A stretch of DNA of 64,000 nucleotides, taken from assembly GCA_965248355.1 (NCBI GenBank), contig OZ252098.1:288001-352000 (forward strand). The letters are read 5' to 3'. Below are positions 28,549 through 37,469 of this stretch, one piece after another. Source of the DNA: Candidatus Latescibacterota bacterium. Lineage in GTDB: Bacteria; Latescibacterota; UBA2968; UBA8231. The position numbers and the translations under genes were made by a program. The notes under the pieces are model-generated. The model was given only the letters and a program-made list of their open reading frames with translations. It searched no databases and was not told where the DNA came from. The stretch's first letter is position 1. Each line of letters starts with the position of its first letter.

Positions 28549-29868
28549 ATGGAGCGAACCGCACTGCAGCAGAGTCTGATCGAGCTGTCCGAGCGCGTCC
28601 TGGTGGGCGGCTGCTTCGGCATGTTCCGGCTGCCCGACGAGGTCGCCGCCGTCTTCCACCGGGGCGAGGGCAGCCGCATCTGGGACGTGGCCGGCAAGGA
28701 GTACGTCGACTACGTCCTCGGCTCGGGGCCGCTGATCCTCGGGCACGCCCACCCGGCCGTGGTCGCCGCGGTGCGCGAGCAGGCCGGTCTGGGTTCGACC
28801 TTCTACGGCCTCAACGAGCCCGCCCTGCGCCTGGCCCGGCGCGTCACCGAGGCCGTTCCGTGCGGCGGGCTGCTGCGCTACGGCAGCTCCGGAACGGAGG
28901 GGACCTTCACCGCCCTGCGCCTGGCCCGGGCCTTCACGGGCCGGGAGAAGGTCCTCAAGTTCGAAGGCGGATGGCACGGGGCCCACGACTACGCCATGCA
29001 GAGCGCGGCCCCCTCCGGCCCTGCGGAGTACCCGACCCCCGTCCCCGACTCCTCGGGCATTCCGGGGGCCGCCTCGAGGACCGTTCTCGTCTCTCCCTTC
29101 AACGATCCCGACGCCGCGGCTCAGCTGGTGGCGGAGCACGCGGGGGAGCTGGCCGCCGTCATCGTGGAGCCCCTGCAGCGGGCGGTCCGCCCGGAGCCCG
29201 GCTTCCTGGAGAGGTTGCGGGAGGTGACGCGGGCCCACGGCGTGCTGCTGGTCTTCGACGAGATCGTCACCGGCTTCCGCCTCGCCTGGGGCGGCGCCCA
29301 GGAGCGCTACGGCGTGGTCCCGGACCTGGCCGTGTACGGCAAGACGATCAGCGGCGGCTATCCCCTCGCCGCGGTCTGCGGCCGCGAGGAGGTCATGGCC
29401 CTGGCCGACCCCCGGCGCAGGGCGGAGAGCGACTACGTCTTCGCCAGCGGCACCATGAACGGCAATCCCGTGGGCTGCGCGGCGGGACTGGCGACCCTGG
29501 ACGAGCTGGAGAAGGAGGGGGTCTACCCCCGGCTGCACGAGACCTCCGAGCGTTTGCGCCAGGGCCTGGAGGAGTCCGGCCGGCGCCTGGGGCTTCCCCT
29601 CCAGGTCATCGGCGACGGCCCGGTGCTGCAGCCGGTCTTCACCGAGGCGCCGATCCGCAACCACACCGACGGTCTGCGGGCCGACGCCGGGGCCGCCCGC
29701 CGCTTCGGCGTGGAGATGATCCGCCGCGGCGTCCTGGTCACGCCGGGAGGCAAGCTCTACCTGTCGCTGGCCCACACCGCCGGCGACGTGGACCGCACGC
29801 TGCAGGCGGCGGAGGAATCGCTGCAGGTCGTGAAGGGCACGCTCCGGGATCCGGCCTCCGGAAGCTGA
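28549..29868 (+). CDS. Class III PLP aminotransferase (glutamate-1-semialdehyde aminomutase-like)
   Basis: LGHAHP, SSGTEG, FDEIVTGFR, YGKTISGGYP, SGTMNGNP. Confidence 0.9.
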   Translation: MERTALQQSLIELSERVLVGGCFGMFRLPDEVAAVFHRGEGSRIWDVAGKEYVDYVLGSGPLILGHAHPAVVAAVREQAGLGSTFYGLNEPALRLARRVTEAVPCGGLLRYGSSGTEGTFTALRLARAFTGREKVLKFEGGWHGAHDYAMQSAAPSGPAEYPTPVPDSSGIPGAASRTVLVSPFNDPDAAAQLVAEHAGELAAVIVEPLQRAVRPEPGFLERLREVTRAHGVLLVFDEIVTGFRLAWGGAQERYGVVPDLAVYGKTISGGYPLAAVCGREEVMALADPRRRAESDYVFASGTMNGNPVGCAAGLATLDELEKEGVYPRLHETSERLRQGLEESGRRLGLPLQVIGDGPVLQPVFTEAPIRNHTDGLRADAGAARRFGVEMIRRGVLVTPGGKLYLSLAHTAGDVDRTLQAAEESLQVVKGTLRDPASGS

Positions 29869-29905
29869 GGAATCGGAAGAACCCCCACGAGGAGACTTCA
29901 AGGGC

Positions 29906-30877
29906 ATGGAACCGGATCTCTTTCTCGACAAGTCGGCTGTCGTCGGAGGCGGCCTCATGGGCAGCCAGATCGCCCTGGTGCTGGCCCTCGGCAGCCGGGA
30001 GACGGTGCTGATGAGCCGGCGCCAGGAGACCCTGGACCAGGCCCTGGACAACATCCGGCGGGGCGCCGGGGACCTGCAGCGGCACGACCTGCTGAAGGGC
30101 GAGACGGCCGAGGCCGTTACCGGCCGCATCCGCGCCACCACGGAGCTGGAGGAAGCCGTCGACTCCACGGAGTTCGTCGTCGAATCGATCACCGAGAACC
30201 TCGAGGCCAAGCAGGAGGTCTTCCGGCGCATGGACGCGGCGGCCCCTCGCGACACGGTGCTGGCGAGCAACACCTCCGGCCTGCCCATCACCCAGCTCGG
30301 CGAGGGCATGGCCCATCCGGACCGCATCGGCGGCTCCCACTTCTTCCAGCCCGCCCACATCGTCCCCGTCCTGGAGGTCATCCGCGGGCAGCACACCTCG
30401 GACGCGGCCATGGACCGCTCCTGCGAGATCTGGCGGCGGCTGGACAAGATCCCCCTGCGGGTGGAGAAGGACGTCCCCGGCTTCCTGTGCAACCGCCTGC
30501 AGCACGCCGTGATCTGCGAGGCCGTGAACCTGCTCGTGTCGGGCGTGGCCGACGCCGAGTCCATCGACCTGGCCGTCGAGCTGGGCCTGGCCCCCCGGTT
30601 CACCACCGCCGGCCCTCTCAAGCAGCGCGACATCAACGGCCTCGAGATGCACGTGCGCGTCGCCGACCACTTGTGGCGGCACCTCGGGGGCTGGGAGGAA
30701 CCGCTGGCCTACCTGCGGGCCATGGTCGAGCGCGGCGAGACGGGGCTGAAGTCGGGGAATGGCTACTACGACTGGTCCGGAATGGATCCCACCGCCGTGC
30801 GCGGCGAGAAGGACGAGCACCTCCTGCGCCGCACCGAGCAGGTCATGTCCGACTACCGCGCCCGCAAGGTCCACTGA
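29906..30877 (+). CDS. 3-hydroxyacyl-CoA dehydrogenase family protein
   Basis: VGGGLMGSQIA, LASNTSG, HFFQP, PGFLCNRLQ, GLKSGNGYYDW. Confidence 0.9.
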   Translation: MEPDLFLDKSAVVGGGLMGSQIALVLALGSRETVLMSRRQETLDQALDNIRRGAGDLQRHDLLKGETAEAVTGRIRATTELEEAVDSTEFVVESITENLEAKQEVFRRMDAAAPRDTVLASNTSGLPITQLGEGMAHPDRIGGSHFFQPAHIVPVLEVIRGQHTSDAAMDRSCEIWRRLDKIPLRVEKDVPGFLCNRLQHAVICEAVNLLVSGVADAESIDLAVELGLAPRFTTAGPLKQRDINGLEMHVRVADHLWRHLGGWEEPLAYLRAMVERGETGLKSGNGYYDWSGMDPTAVRGEKDEHLLRRTEQVMSDYRARKVH

Positions 30878-30891
30878 GTTATCAGGCGACA

Positions 30892-31387
30892 ATGAGAATA
30901 GCGGACGTAGACTTCCCGGGGCCGATTCTGGAGGCCTTGCGGGAGGACAAGCTGGTCATTTTTGCAGGTGCCGGCGTTTCGATGGGAGAAGCAGCAATGC
31001 TCCCGGGCTTCGAAAAACTGGCAATGGCGATCGCGCAGGGCACTGGTGAAACGCGAGGGGATCGGGAGCCTGTGGATCAGTTTCTGGGCAGGCTTCAGAG
31101 CAAGGGTGTGGAGGTGCATGCGCTTGCCGCGGAGAAGCTCGGAGAGAAATCGCTGCGGGGAGATCCCGAAGCCGACTGCCCTGCATCGCAATCTGCTGAG
31201 GCTCTTTGCGGAAGCAGCATCGGCGCGCATTGTCACCACCAATTTCGACTTGCTCTTCGAGCAGGCGGCGAAGGAGGTATTCGAATCGCAGCCTGAGATC
31301 TTCAGGGCGCCAGCTCTGCCCTTGGGAAGGGAGTTCAACGGGATCATCCATGTTCACGGGGATGTCCAAGTGCCCCCCGGCTATTAG
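30892..31387 (+). pseudogene. SIR2-family (defence-type sirtuin) gene, frameshifted and truncated
   Basis: LVIFAGAGVSMG in one frame; IVTTNFDLLFE...HVHG in the +1 frame after about 31150; stops 8 codons after HVHG. Confidence 0.8.
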
Positions 31388-31399
31388 GAGGACAGGAGT

Positions 31400-32500
31400 A
31401 TGGATAAACTGAAGAGTATCCAAATCAAGGGGTTTCGGTCCATCAAGGAGATGACGCTGGAACTACGGCCGCTCAATATTCTGATCGGTGCCAATGGGGC
31501 AGGCAAGAGTAACCTCATTGCCTTCTTCAAACTGGTGAATGAAATGATGGGTGGACGCCTTCAGCAACATATCGGGGCGACCGGTAGGGCCACGGGCAAT
31601 CTGTACTTCGGCCCTAGGGTAACCCCTCAAATGGAAGCGGAGATTGCCTTCGAGGCGCCGAACGGAACCAATGCCTATCAAATGAGACTGTTTTACGCCG
31701 CGGGTGACTCGCTGATGTTCGCTGACGAGACGCTGTCCTTTCACAGGACAAACTATCCGCATCCACAAGTCGTGCAACTCGGGGCTGGTCATCAAGAAAC
31801 CCGGATTGGGGACAAGGCCGGAGAGGATGACCCCGTGGCGAAAATACTCAGGTTTCTATTGAATGATTGTCGAGTCTATCACTTTCACGATACATCTCCA
31901 ACTTCGAGAGTACGGCAGTCCTGCTACACTGGCGATGACCGCTGGCTCATGCCCGATGCCGCAAACTTGGCAGCGGTACTGCATAAGCTGAAGTCTCGGA
32001 AGGAAACCGTGTATCGCCGGATTGTGGGGACCATTCAACAGGTGGCGCCGTTCTTTGAAGACTTCGAATTGGAGCCGACCGAATCCAGGGACATCATTCT
32101 CAACTGGCGGCATCGCGCCTCGGATCTCGTGTTCGGTCCCCATCAACTCTCGGACGGTACGCTGCGGGCCATCTGCCTGATCTCGCTGTTGTTGCAGCCC
32201 AAGGACGACCTTTCGATACTCGTAGTAGTGGATGAACCGGAACTCGGGTTGCATCCGTACGCGCTCAATGTGATAGCCTCGCTGTTTCAAGCTGCCAGTC
32301 ACCATACGCAGGTTCTCGTCAGCACCCAGTCCAGTGCCTTCCTCGACAGGTTCGAGCCCGGGGACATCGTAGTGGTCGAACGGAACGATCAGGCCACAGA
32401 CTTCTGTAGGCCCGACCCTGAAGAGCTGGAGACATGGCTGGAGGACTACTCGCTGGGCGAGATCTGGGAGAAGAATATCCTCGGCGGGGGGCCGCATTGA
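31400..32500 (+). CDS. AAA_21/ABC-type ATPase
   Basis: GFRSI, GANGAGKSN Walker A, LSDGTLR signature, DEPELGLHP Walker B, STQS. Confidence 0.9.
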   Translation: MDKLKSIQIKGFRSIKEMTLELRPLNILIGANGAGKSNLIAFFKLVNEMMGGRLQQHIGATGRATGNLYFGPRVTPQMEAEIAFEAPNGTNAYQMRLFYAAGDSLMFADETLSFHRTNYPHPQVVQLGAGHQETRIGDKAGEDDPVAKILRFLLNDCRVYHFHDTSPTSRVRQSCYTGDDRWLMPDAANLAAVLHKLKSRKETVYRRIVGTIQQVAPFFEDFELEPTESRDIILNWRHRASDLVFGPHQLSDGTLRAICLISLLLQPKDDLSILVVVDEPELGLHPYALNVIASLFQAASHHTQVLVSTQSSAFLDRFEPGDIVVVERNDQATDFCRPDPEELETWLEDYSLGEIWEKNILGGGPH

Positions 32501-33189
32501 TGGTTCGACTCCATCTCTTCGCCGAAGGTCGGACAGAGCAGACCTTTGCCGATACGGTTCTGAAGCCTCATCTTGCGAGCTTGGGCGTCTACATGCAGAG
32601 ACCATCTCTGATTGCCCATGCTCGAAAGAAGCGGAGGACCCACCGGGGAGGAGGCAGGAACTACCAGGCCATGCAGAATGACATAGAGCGCCGGCGCAGA
32701 CAGGAATCAGGGCGGGGCGTGTATTTCACCACGATGATCGATCTATACGCTCTGCATGCGCATTTTCCTGGCGCTGAAGAAGCTGACAAGTGCAGCGATC
32801 CGTACCGGCGCGTAGAGGTTCTCGAGAACTCATGGTTCGATGCCACGGGGGACAATCGCTTCATCCCGTTCATCCAGCTGCATGAATTCGAGGCGTATCT
32901 GTTCTGCGATGTATCCCGGTTCAGTCTCTTCTTCGAGAACGCAGACTCGCGGATCTCCACTCTGCAGAGGGTTGTTGATGATTTCGGGTCTCCAGAACTA
33001 ATCGACGATGGACAACATACGACTCCGTCCAAGCGCATCGTCGCCCAATTCCCAGAATACCAGAAGACGACGGTTGGTTCACAGATGGCCGGATTTATCG
33101 GCTTGGAGGCCATCAGGTGTAGATGCCCCCACTTCAGGGCGTGGATCGAAGGACTTGAGAGACTTGGAACTCTGCCGGAGAAGGCATGA
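32500..33189 (+). CDS. DUF4276 family (TOPRIM-like) protein
   Basis: AEGRTEQTF, TTMIDLY, HEFEAYLFCD, PELIDDG..TPSKRI, CPHFRAWI; TGATG coupling to the ATPase. Confidence 0.85.
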   Translation: MVRLHLFAEGRTEQTFADTVLKPHLASLGVYMQRPSLIAHARKKRRTHRGGGRNYQAMQNDIERRRRQESGRGVYFTTMIDLYALHAHFPGAEEADKCSDPYRRVEVLENSWFDATGDNRFIPFIQLHEFEAYLFCDVSRFSLFFENADSRISTLQRVVDDFGSPELIDDGQHTTPSKRIVAQFPEYQKTTVGSQMAGFIGLEAIRCRCPHFRAWIEGLERLGTLPEKA

Positions 33190-33233
33190 GGACCGGGCAG
33201 AGAACCACGGCATTCCTTGAAGAAGGGAAGTCC

Positions 33234-34253
33234 TCACCCTCGCGGGTGGAAGGTGCGGTGCAGCTCCCGCAGGCGCTGTTCGTCGGTGCGCGCGTAGATC
33301 ATGGTCGTGGAGATGTCGGAGTGGCCCAGCAGGTGCTGCACGTCGCTCAGATCGCCTCCCCCCTCGAGGAGGTGGGAGGCGAAGGTGTGGCGCAGGGTCT
33401 GGGGGTTCACGGGACGCTCGAGGCCGGCGCCGCGGGCAGCGGCGCGAATGATCTTCCAGACGTTCATGCGCGACATGGCGCGGCCCCGGGCGCCGAGGAA
33501 GAGGGTGTCCTCCGAATCGGCGCCGGCCAGCCGGGGACGCCCGCGCCGCCCGTAGCGTTCGGCCGCCTCGGCCGCCGGCCGGCCGAGAGGCACCACCCGC
33601 TCGCGGGCTCCGCGGCCGTGGACCCGGACCAGGCCGTTGTCGAGGAGCAGGTCCCCCGTCCGCAGCGCCGTCAGCTCCGAGACCCTCATCCCCGTGGCGT
33701 AGAGGACCTCCAGCACGGCCCGGTCCCTCAACTCGAGGGGCTCGTCGCCGCCGACGGCGCTCACGAGGCGCTCCGCTTCCTCCACGGTGAGGGGATCCGG
33801 CTCCCGGCGGGAGACCCGCGGCGGCCTCAGTCCGGCCGTCGGGTCTTCGAGGCAGCGGCCGGTGATCCGCAGGAACTCGTGGAACCGCCGCATGGAGGAG
33901 ACCGTTCGCGCCACCGTGGCGGGGGAGCGCCCGGCCTCGACGAGACCGTCCACGTGGCCGCCCGCCGCCTCCGCGGTGAGCTCCGACAGCCGGCGGACCC
34001 CGCGGCCCGAGGCGTGTCCGAGGTAGCCCCGCAGATCACGGCCGTACGAGGACCGCGTATTCTCCGACAGTCCGCTCTCCCGCTCGAGGCTGTCGAGGAA
34101 CTCGCCGAGGGCCTCGAGCAGGTCGGCGGGCAGCTCGGCGGGGCCCTGGCCCGCCCCGTCGGCGGTCATCCCGGGGGGAGGCGCCGGTCCCCGGGGGGGG
34201 CCGCCTCCGTCCTCCGGGGACCGCCCCGGGGCCGGGGTTCGCGCCGCCGCCAT
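33234..34253 (-). CDS. xerD: Tyrosine recombinase XerD-like (start 34253 or 34169)
   Basis: LSENTRSSYGRDL, RDRAVLEVLYATGMRVSEL, LRHTFASHLL, LLGHSDISTT.IY, FHPRG end. Confidence 0.85.
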   Translation of the reverse strand: MAAARTPAPGRSPEDGGGPPRGPAPPPGMTADGAGQGPAELPADLLEALGEFLDSLERESGLSENTRSSYGRDLRGYLGHASGRGVRRLSELTAEAAGGHVDGLVEAGRSPATVARTVSSMRRFHEFLRITGRCLEDPTAGLRPPRVSRREPDPLTVEEAERLVSAVGGDEPLELRDRAVLEVLYATGMRVSELTALRTGDLLLDNGLVRVHGRGARERVVPLGRPAAEAAERYGRRGRPRLAGADSEDTLFLGARGRAMSRMNVWKIIRAAARGAGLERPVNPQTLRHTFASHLLEGGGDLSDVQHLLGHSDISTTMIYARTDEQRLRELHRTFHPRG

Positions 34254-34257
34254 CGCC

Positions 34258-36120
34258 TCAGGACCGGCCCTCTTCCGGGTCGGCGCGGCCGGGCTCCAGG
34301 TGGCTCTTCAACTCGCGGGCGAGCTTGAGGCTGAATCCCTTGACGCTGGCGATCTCGCCCACGTCGGCCTCGCGCAGCCGGCGCACCGACCCGAAGGCCT
34401 GCAGCAGCGCCTGCCGCCGGCTGGGCCCGATGCCGGGTACGCCGTCCAGGCCGGACCCCAGGGTGCGACGGGCGCGCAGCTTGCGGTGGTAGCTCACGGC
34501 GAAGCGGTGGGCCTCGTCGCGCAGGACCTGCAGCATGCGCAGGCTCGCCGAGGTCCGCGGCAGGACCACGGGGTCCATCCGCCCCGGCAGGAAGAGCTCT
34601 TCGAGCCTCTTGGCCAGACCGACCACGGCCAGCCCGTCCACGCCCCGGGCCTCCAGGGCCTCCATGGCGCTGGACAGCTGGCCCTTGCCGCCATCGATCA
34701 TCAGCAGATCGGGATAAGGCTCCCCCCGCTCCGAGAGCCCGCGGAAGCGCCGTTCCACGACCTCGCGGATGGCGGCGAAGTCGTCGGGCCGACCCTCGCC
34801 GCCGCGGATGCGGAAGTGGCGGTACTCGCTGCGCTTCGGCTTGCCGTCGACCATGACCACCACGGAGCCGACGGAATCGCTGCCCTGGAAGGTGGAGATG
34901 TCGACGCCTTCGATGCGCCGTGGCAGCCGGTCCAGGGTCAGGTCCCTGTGCAGGGCCTGCACCGACTGGGGGACGCGGTCGCGCCGGGCCTCCCGCTTGA
35001 GCCTCCGCTCCTCCATCAGGTGGGCGGCGTTGCTGTCGGCCATGTCCTGGGTGCGCGCCTTGAGGCCCCTCTGGTAGGCGGCGACCTCGACCCGGCGTCC
35101 GTCCCCCTTGCCGGTGAGCCACGCGGAGATGGGGCCGGCGTCCTCCAGCTCGTGGCTGACGTGGATCTGACGGGGGATGAAGTCCGTGTGCAGGTAGAAC
35201 TGGCGCAGGAAGGCGGACAGCACCTCGCTGTCGGCGGCCTCCATGACCCCGCTCAGGAAGTGGTGCTTCTCGTCGATCAGGCGGCCTTCCCGGATCTCCA
35301 GAACGGCGCAGCAGGCCTCGTCGTCGTGCCGCGCCAGGCCGACCACGTCCCGGTCGACCTTCTCCTCGAGCACGACCTTCTGCCGCGACTGATACAGCTC
35401 GAGGGCGCGGATCTGGTCCCGGTGGCGGGCGGCCTGCTCGAACCGCTGCCGGGCCGCGGCCTCCTCCATCCGCGCCTTGAGCTCGCGGATGACGCTGGTC
35501 TTGTCGCCCCTCAGGAAACGCGTGGCCTGGCTGACGGTGGTGCGGTACTGCTCCCGGCTCACGAGATCCTCGCAGGGCCCCTCGCAGCGGCGGATCTGGT
35601 ATTCCATGCACAGCTTGACCTTGGGGTCGGGCAGGTCGTAGCGGCAGCTGCGCACGGGGAAGACCTTGTGCATCACGTCCAGCATGGTGCGCATGTGCCG
35701 GGCGTTGCTGTAGGGCCCGAGGTAGCGGGACCCGTCGCGCACGAGGTCCCGGGTCCAGAAGATGCGCGGGTAGGCCTCGTCGGTGATGCAGATGAAGGGG
35801 TACTTCTTGTCGTCCTTGAGGTTGATGTTGTAGCGCGGGTGGTGGGCCTTGATCTGCGAGGCCTCGAGGATCAGCGCCTCCCCTTCGGTCTCGGTGACGA
35901 TGCAGTCCACGTCGGAGACCCGGGCCACCAAGGCCTCGATGCGCACACCCCTCTCGGCCACCCCCGACTCCTGGAAGTAGGACCGCACCCGGTTGCGCAG
36001 GCTCTTGGCCTTGCCCACGTACAGGACCTTCCCGGCCTCGTCCTTCATGCGGTAGACCCCGGGCCCGGTGGGCAGGGCCTCGAGTTTCAGTCGCAGGGTG
36101 TCGCTGAGCGGCCCCTTCAC
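34258..36120 (-). CDS. uvrC: Excinuclease ABC subunit C
   Basis: PGVY..LYVGKAKSLRNRVRSYF, DDKKYP, DGGKGQL, RDEAHRFA, HhH GIGP. Confidence 0.96.
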   Translation of the reverse strand: MKGPLSDTLRLKLEALPTGPGVYRMKDEAGKVLYVGKAKSLRNRVRSYFQESGVAERGVRIEALVARVSDVDCIVTETEGEALILEASQIKAHHPRYNINLKDDKKYPFICITDEAYPRIFWTRDLVRDGSRYLGPYSNARHMRTMLDVMHKVFPVRSCRYDLPDPKVKLCMEYQIRRCEGPCEDLVSREQYRTTVSQATRFLRGDKTSVIRELKARMEEAAARQRFEQAARHRDQIRALELYQSRQKVVLEEKVDRDVVGLARHDDEACCAVLEIREGRLIDEKHHFLSGVMEAADSEVLSAFLRQFYLHTDFIPRQIHVSHELEDAGPISAWLTGKGDGRRVEVAAYQRGLKARTQDMADSNAAHLMEERRLKREARRDRVPQSVQALHRDLTLDRLPRRIEGVDISTFQGSDSVGSVVVMVDGKPKRSEYRHFRIRGGEGRPDDFAAIREVVERRFRGLSERGEPYPDLLMIDGGKGQLSSAMEALEARGVDGLAVVGLAKRLEELFLPGRMDPVVLPRTSASLRMLQVLRDEAHRFAVSYHRKLRARRTLGSGLDGVPGIGPSRRQALLQAFGSVRRLREADVGEIASVKGFSLKLARELKSHLEPGRADPEEGRS

Positions 36121-36238
36121 GGCGCAGACGCTCCTGCGGTTCGGTGGATCGGCGGGCCCCGGCTCACGGCGCGGGACACGGTGCAGGCAATGGATAGGAA
36201 ATCGCGCGGCCGGTCCACAACCGGCCCCGGGCGGATCG

Positions 36239-37438
36239 TCACCCGCGGTCGACCCGGACCAGGGCCGAGGTGAGGTAGCGCCCTTCGGGGAAGGCCGGGT
36301 CGACGACGTGGTCGGCGGGGTGATGGGTGCGGGCCACGATGCGGGCGTCGACGCGGGCCCCGGAGGCGGCGCGGCGCACGATCTGGAAGAAGTCCTCCTC
36401 CGTGACCCGGGTGGAGCAGGAGGAGGTGAGCAGGTAGCCGCCGTCCTCGACGAGGCGGAAGCCGTTGCGGTTGAGCTTGGTGTAGACGCCCATGGCGTGC
36501 TTGAGGTCGCGCCCCTTGCGCACCAGGGAAGGCGGATCGAGGACGACGAGGCCGAAGCGCGTGCCCCTGTCGGCGAGATGGTCGAGGCAGGCGAAGGCCT
36601 CGGCCGCCAGCGACCGGTGAGGTCCGGAGCCCAGGCCGGCGGCGATGCGCCGGCCCAGGCGCAGGGCCCTGGGGGAGAGATCGAGGTCGAGGCTGCTGAC
36701 GGCGCCGCCATGGCGCGCGTGGGCGGTGAATCCGCCCGTGTAGGCGAAGGCGTTGAGCAGGGAGCGTCCGGAGGCGACCCGGGCCAGCAGCTGCCGGTTG
36801 TCCCGCTGGTCGAGGAAGAACCCCGTCTTCTGTCCACGGCGCACGTCCACGGCCAGGGGCACCTCCCCTTCGCGGAACTCGATCAGCTCGGGCGGTTCGT
36901 CGCCGGCGACCTGACCCGTGGGCCGGTCCCGGAGGCCCTCGGCTCGGCGCGTGCCCACGTCGCTGCGCTCGTACAGGCCGCGGGGGGAGATCACCTCGCG
37001 GAGGGCGGCCACGATCCACTCGCGCATGGCCTCCATCCCGGCGGTGTGGATCTGGAAGACGACCCAGCCGGCGTAGTCGTCCACCACCAGCCCCGGCAGG
37101 CCGTCGCTCTCGCCGTGCACGAGGCGGACCGCCTCGACTCCCGCCAGCATCGGGTTGCCGCGGCGCAGCTGCACGGCGCGCTCGACCCGGCCCCGGAGGA
37201 AGTCGGCATCGATCCTGCGGTCGGGACGGCGCGTGAGGATGCGGACGACGATCTCGGCGCCGGGGTTGGCCGTGCCCCGGCCGATGAAGCGTCCGCGGTC
37301 GTTGACCACGTCCACGATCGATCCGCGGCGGGTGTCGGCGTGGCGGGAGGCGACGGCGCCGCTGAACACCCAGGGATGTCCCTTGATCAACAGGCGCTCG
37401 GCATTCGGACGCAGCCGCAGTTCGGGGTAGCCGTTCAC
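36239..37438 (-). CDS. rlmI: RlmI-family 23S rRNA m5C methyltransferase
   Basis: GHPWVFS, GESDGLPGLVVD, GQKTGFFLDQRDNR, LDPP, SSCS, ADH..FPEGRYL. Confidence 0.88.
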   Translation of the reverse strand: MNGYPELRLRPNAERLLIKGHPWVFSGAVASRHADTRRGSIVDVVNDRGRFIGRGTANPGAEIVVRILTRRPDRRIDADFLRGRVERAVQLRRGNPMLAGVEAVRLVHGESDGLPGLVVDDYAGWVVFQIHTAGMEAMREWIVAALREVISPRGLYERSDVGTRRAEGLRDRPTGQVAGDEPPELIEFREGEVPLAVDVRRGQKTGFFLDQRDNRQLLARVASGRSLLNAFAYTGGFTAHARHGGAVSSLDLDLSPRALRLGRRIAAGLGSGPHRSLAAEAFACLDHLADRGTRFGLVVLDPPSLVRKGRDLKHAMGVYTKLNRNGFRLVEDGGYLLTSSCSTRVTEEDFFQIVRRAASGARVDARIVARTHHPADHVVDPAFPEGRYLTSALVRVDRG

Positions 37439-37469
37439 TAGGAAATCCCGGATTCGGAGGAGAGGGGTT

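Noticed and set aside
28549-29868. Naming the aminotransferase hemL
   Set aside because: Family motifs only; no tetrapyrrole context and the N-terminal region diverges
30878-34253. XerD as the integrase of the defence islet
   Set aside because: It has host-like GC, follows uvrC and has chromosomal XerD features; no att repeats were found
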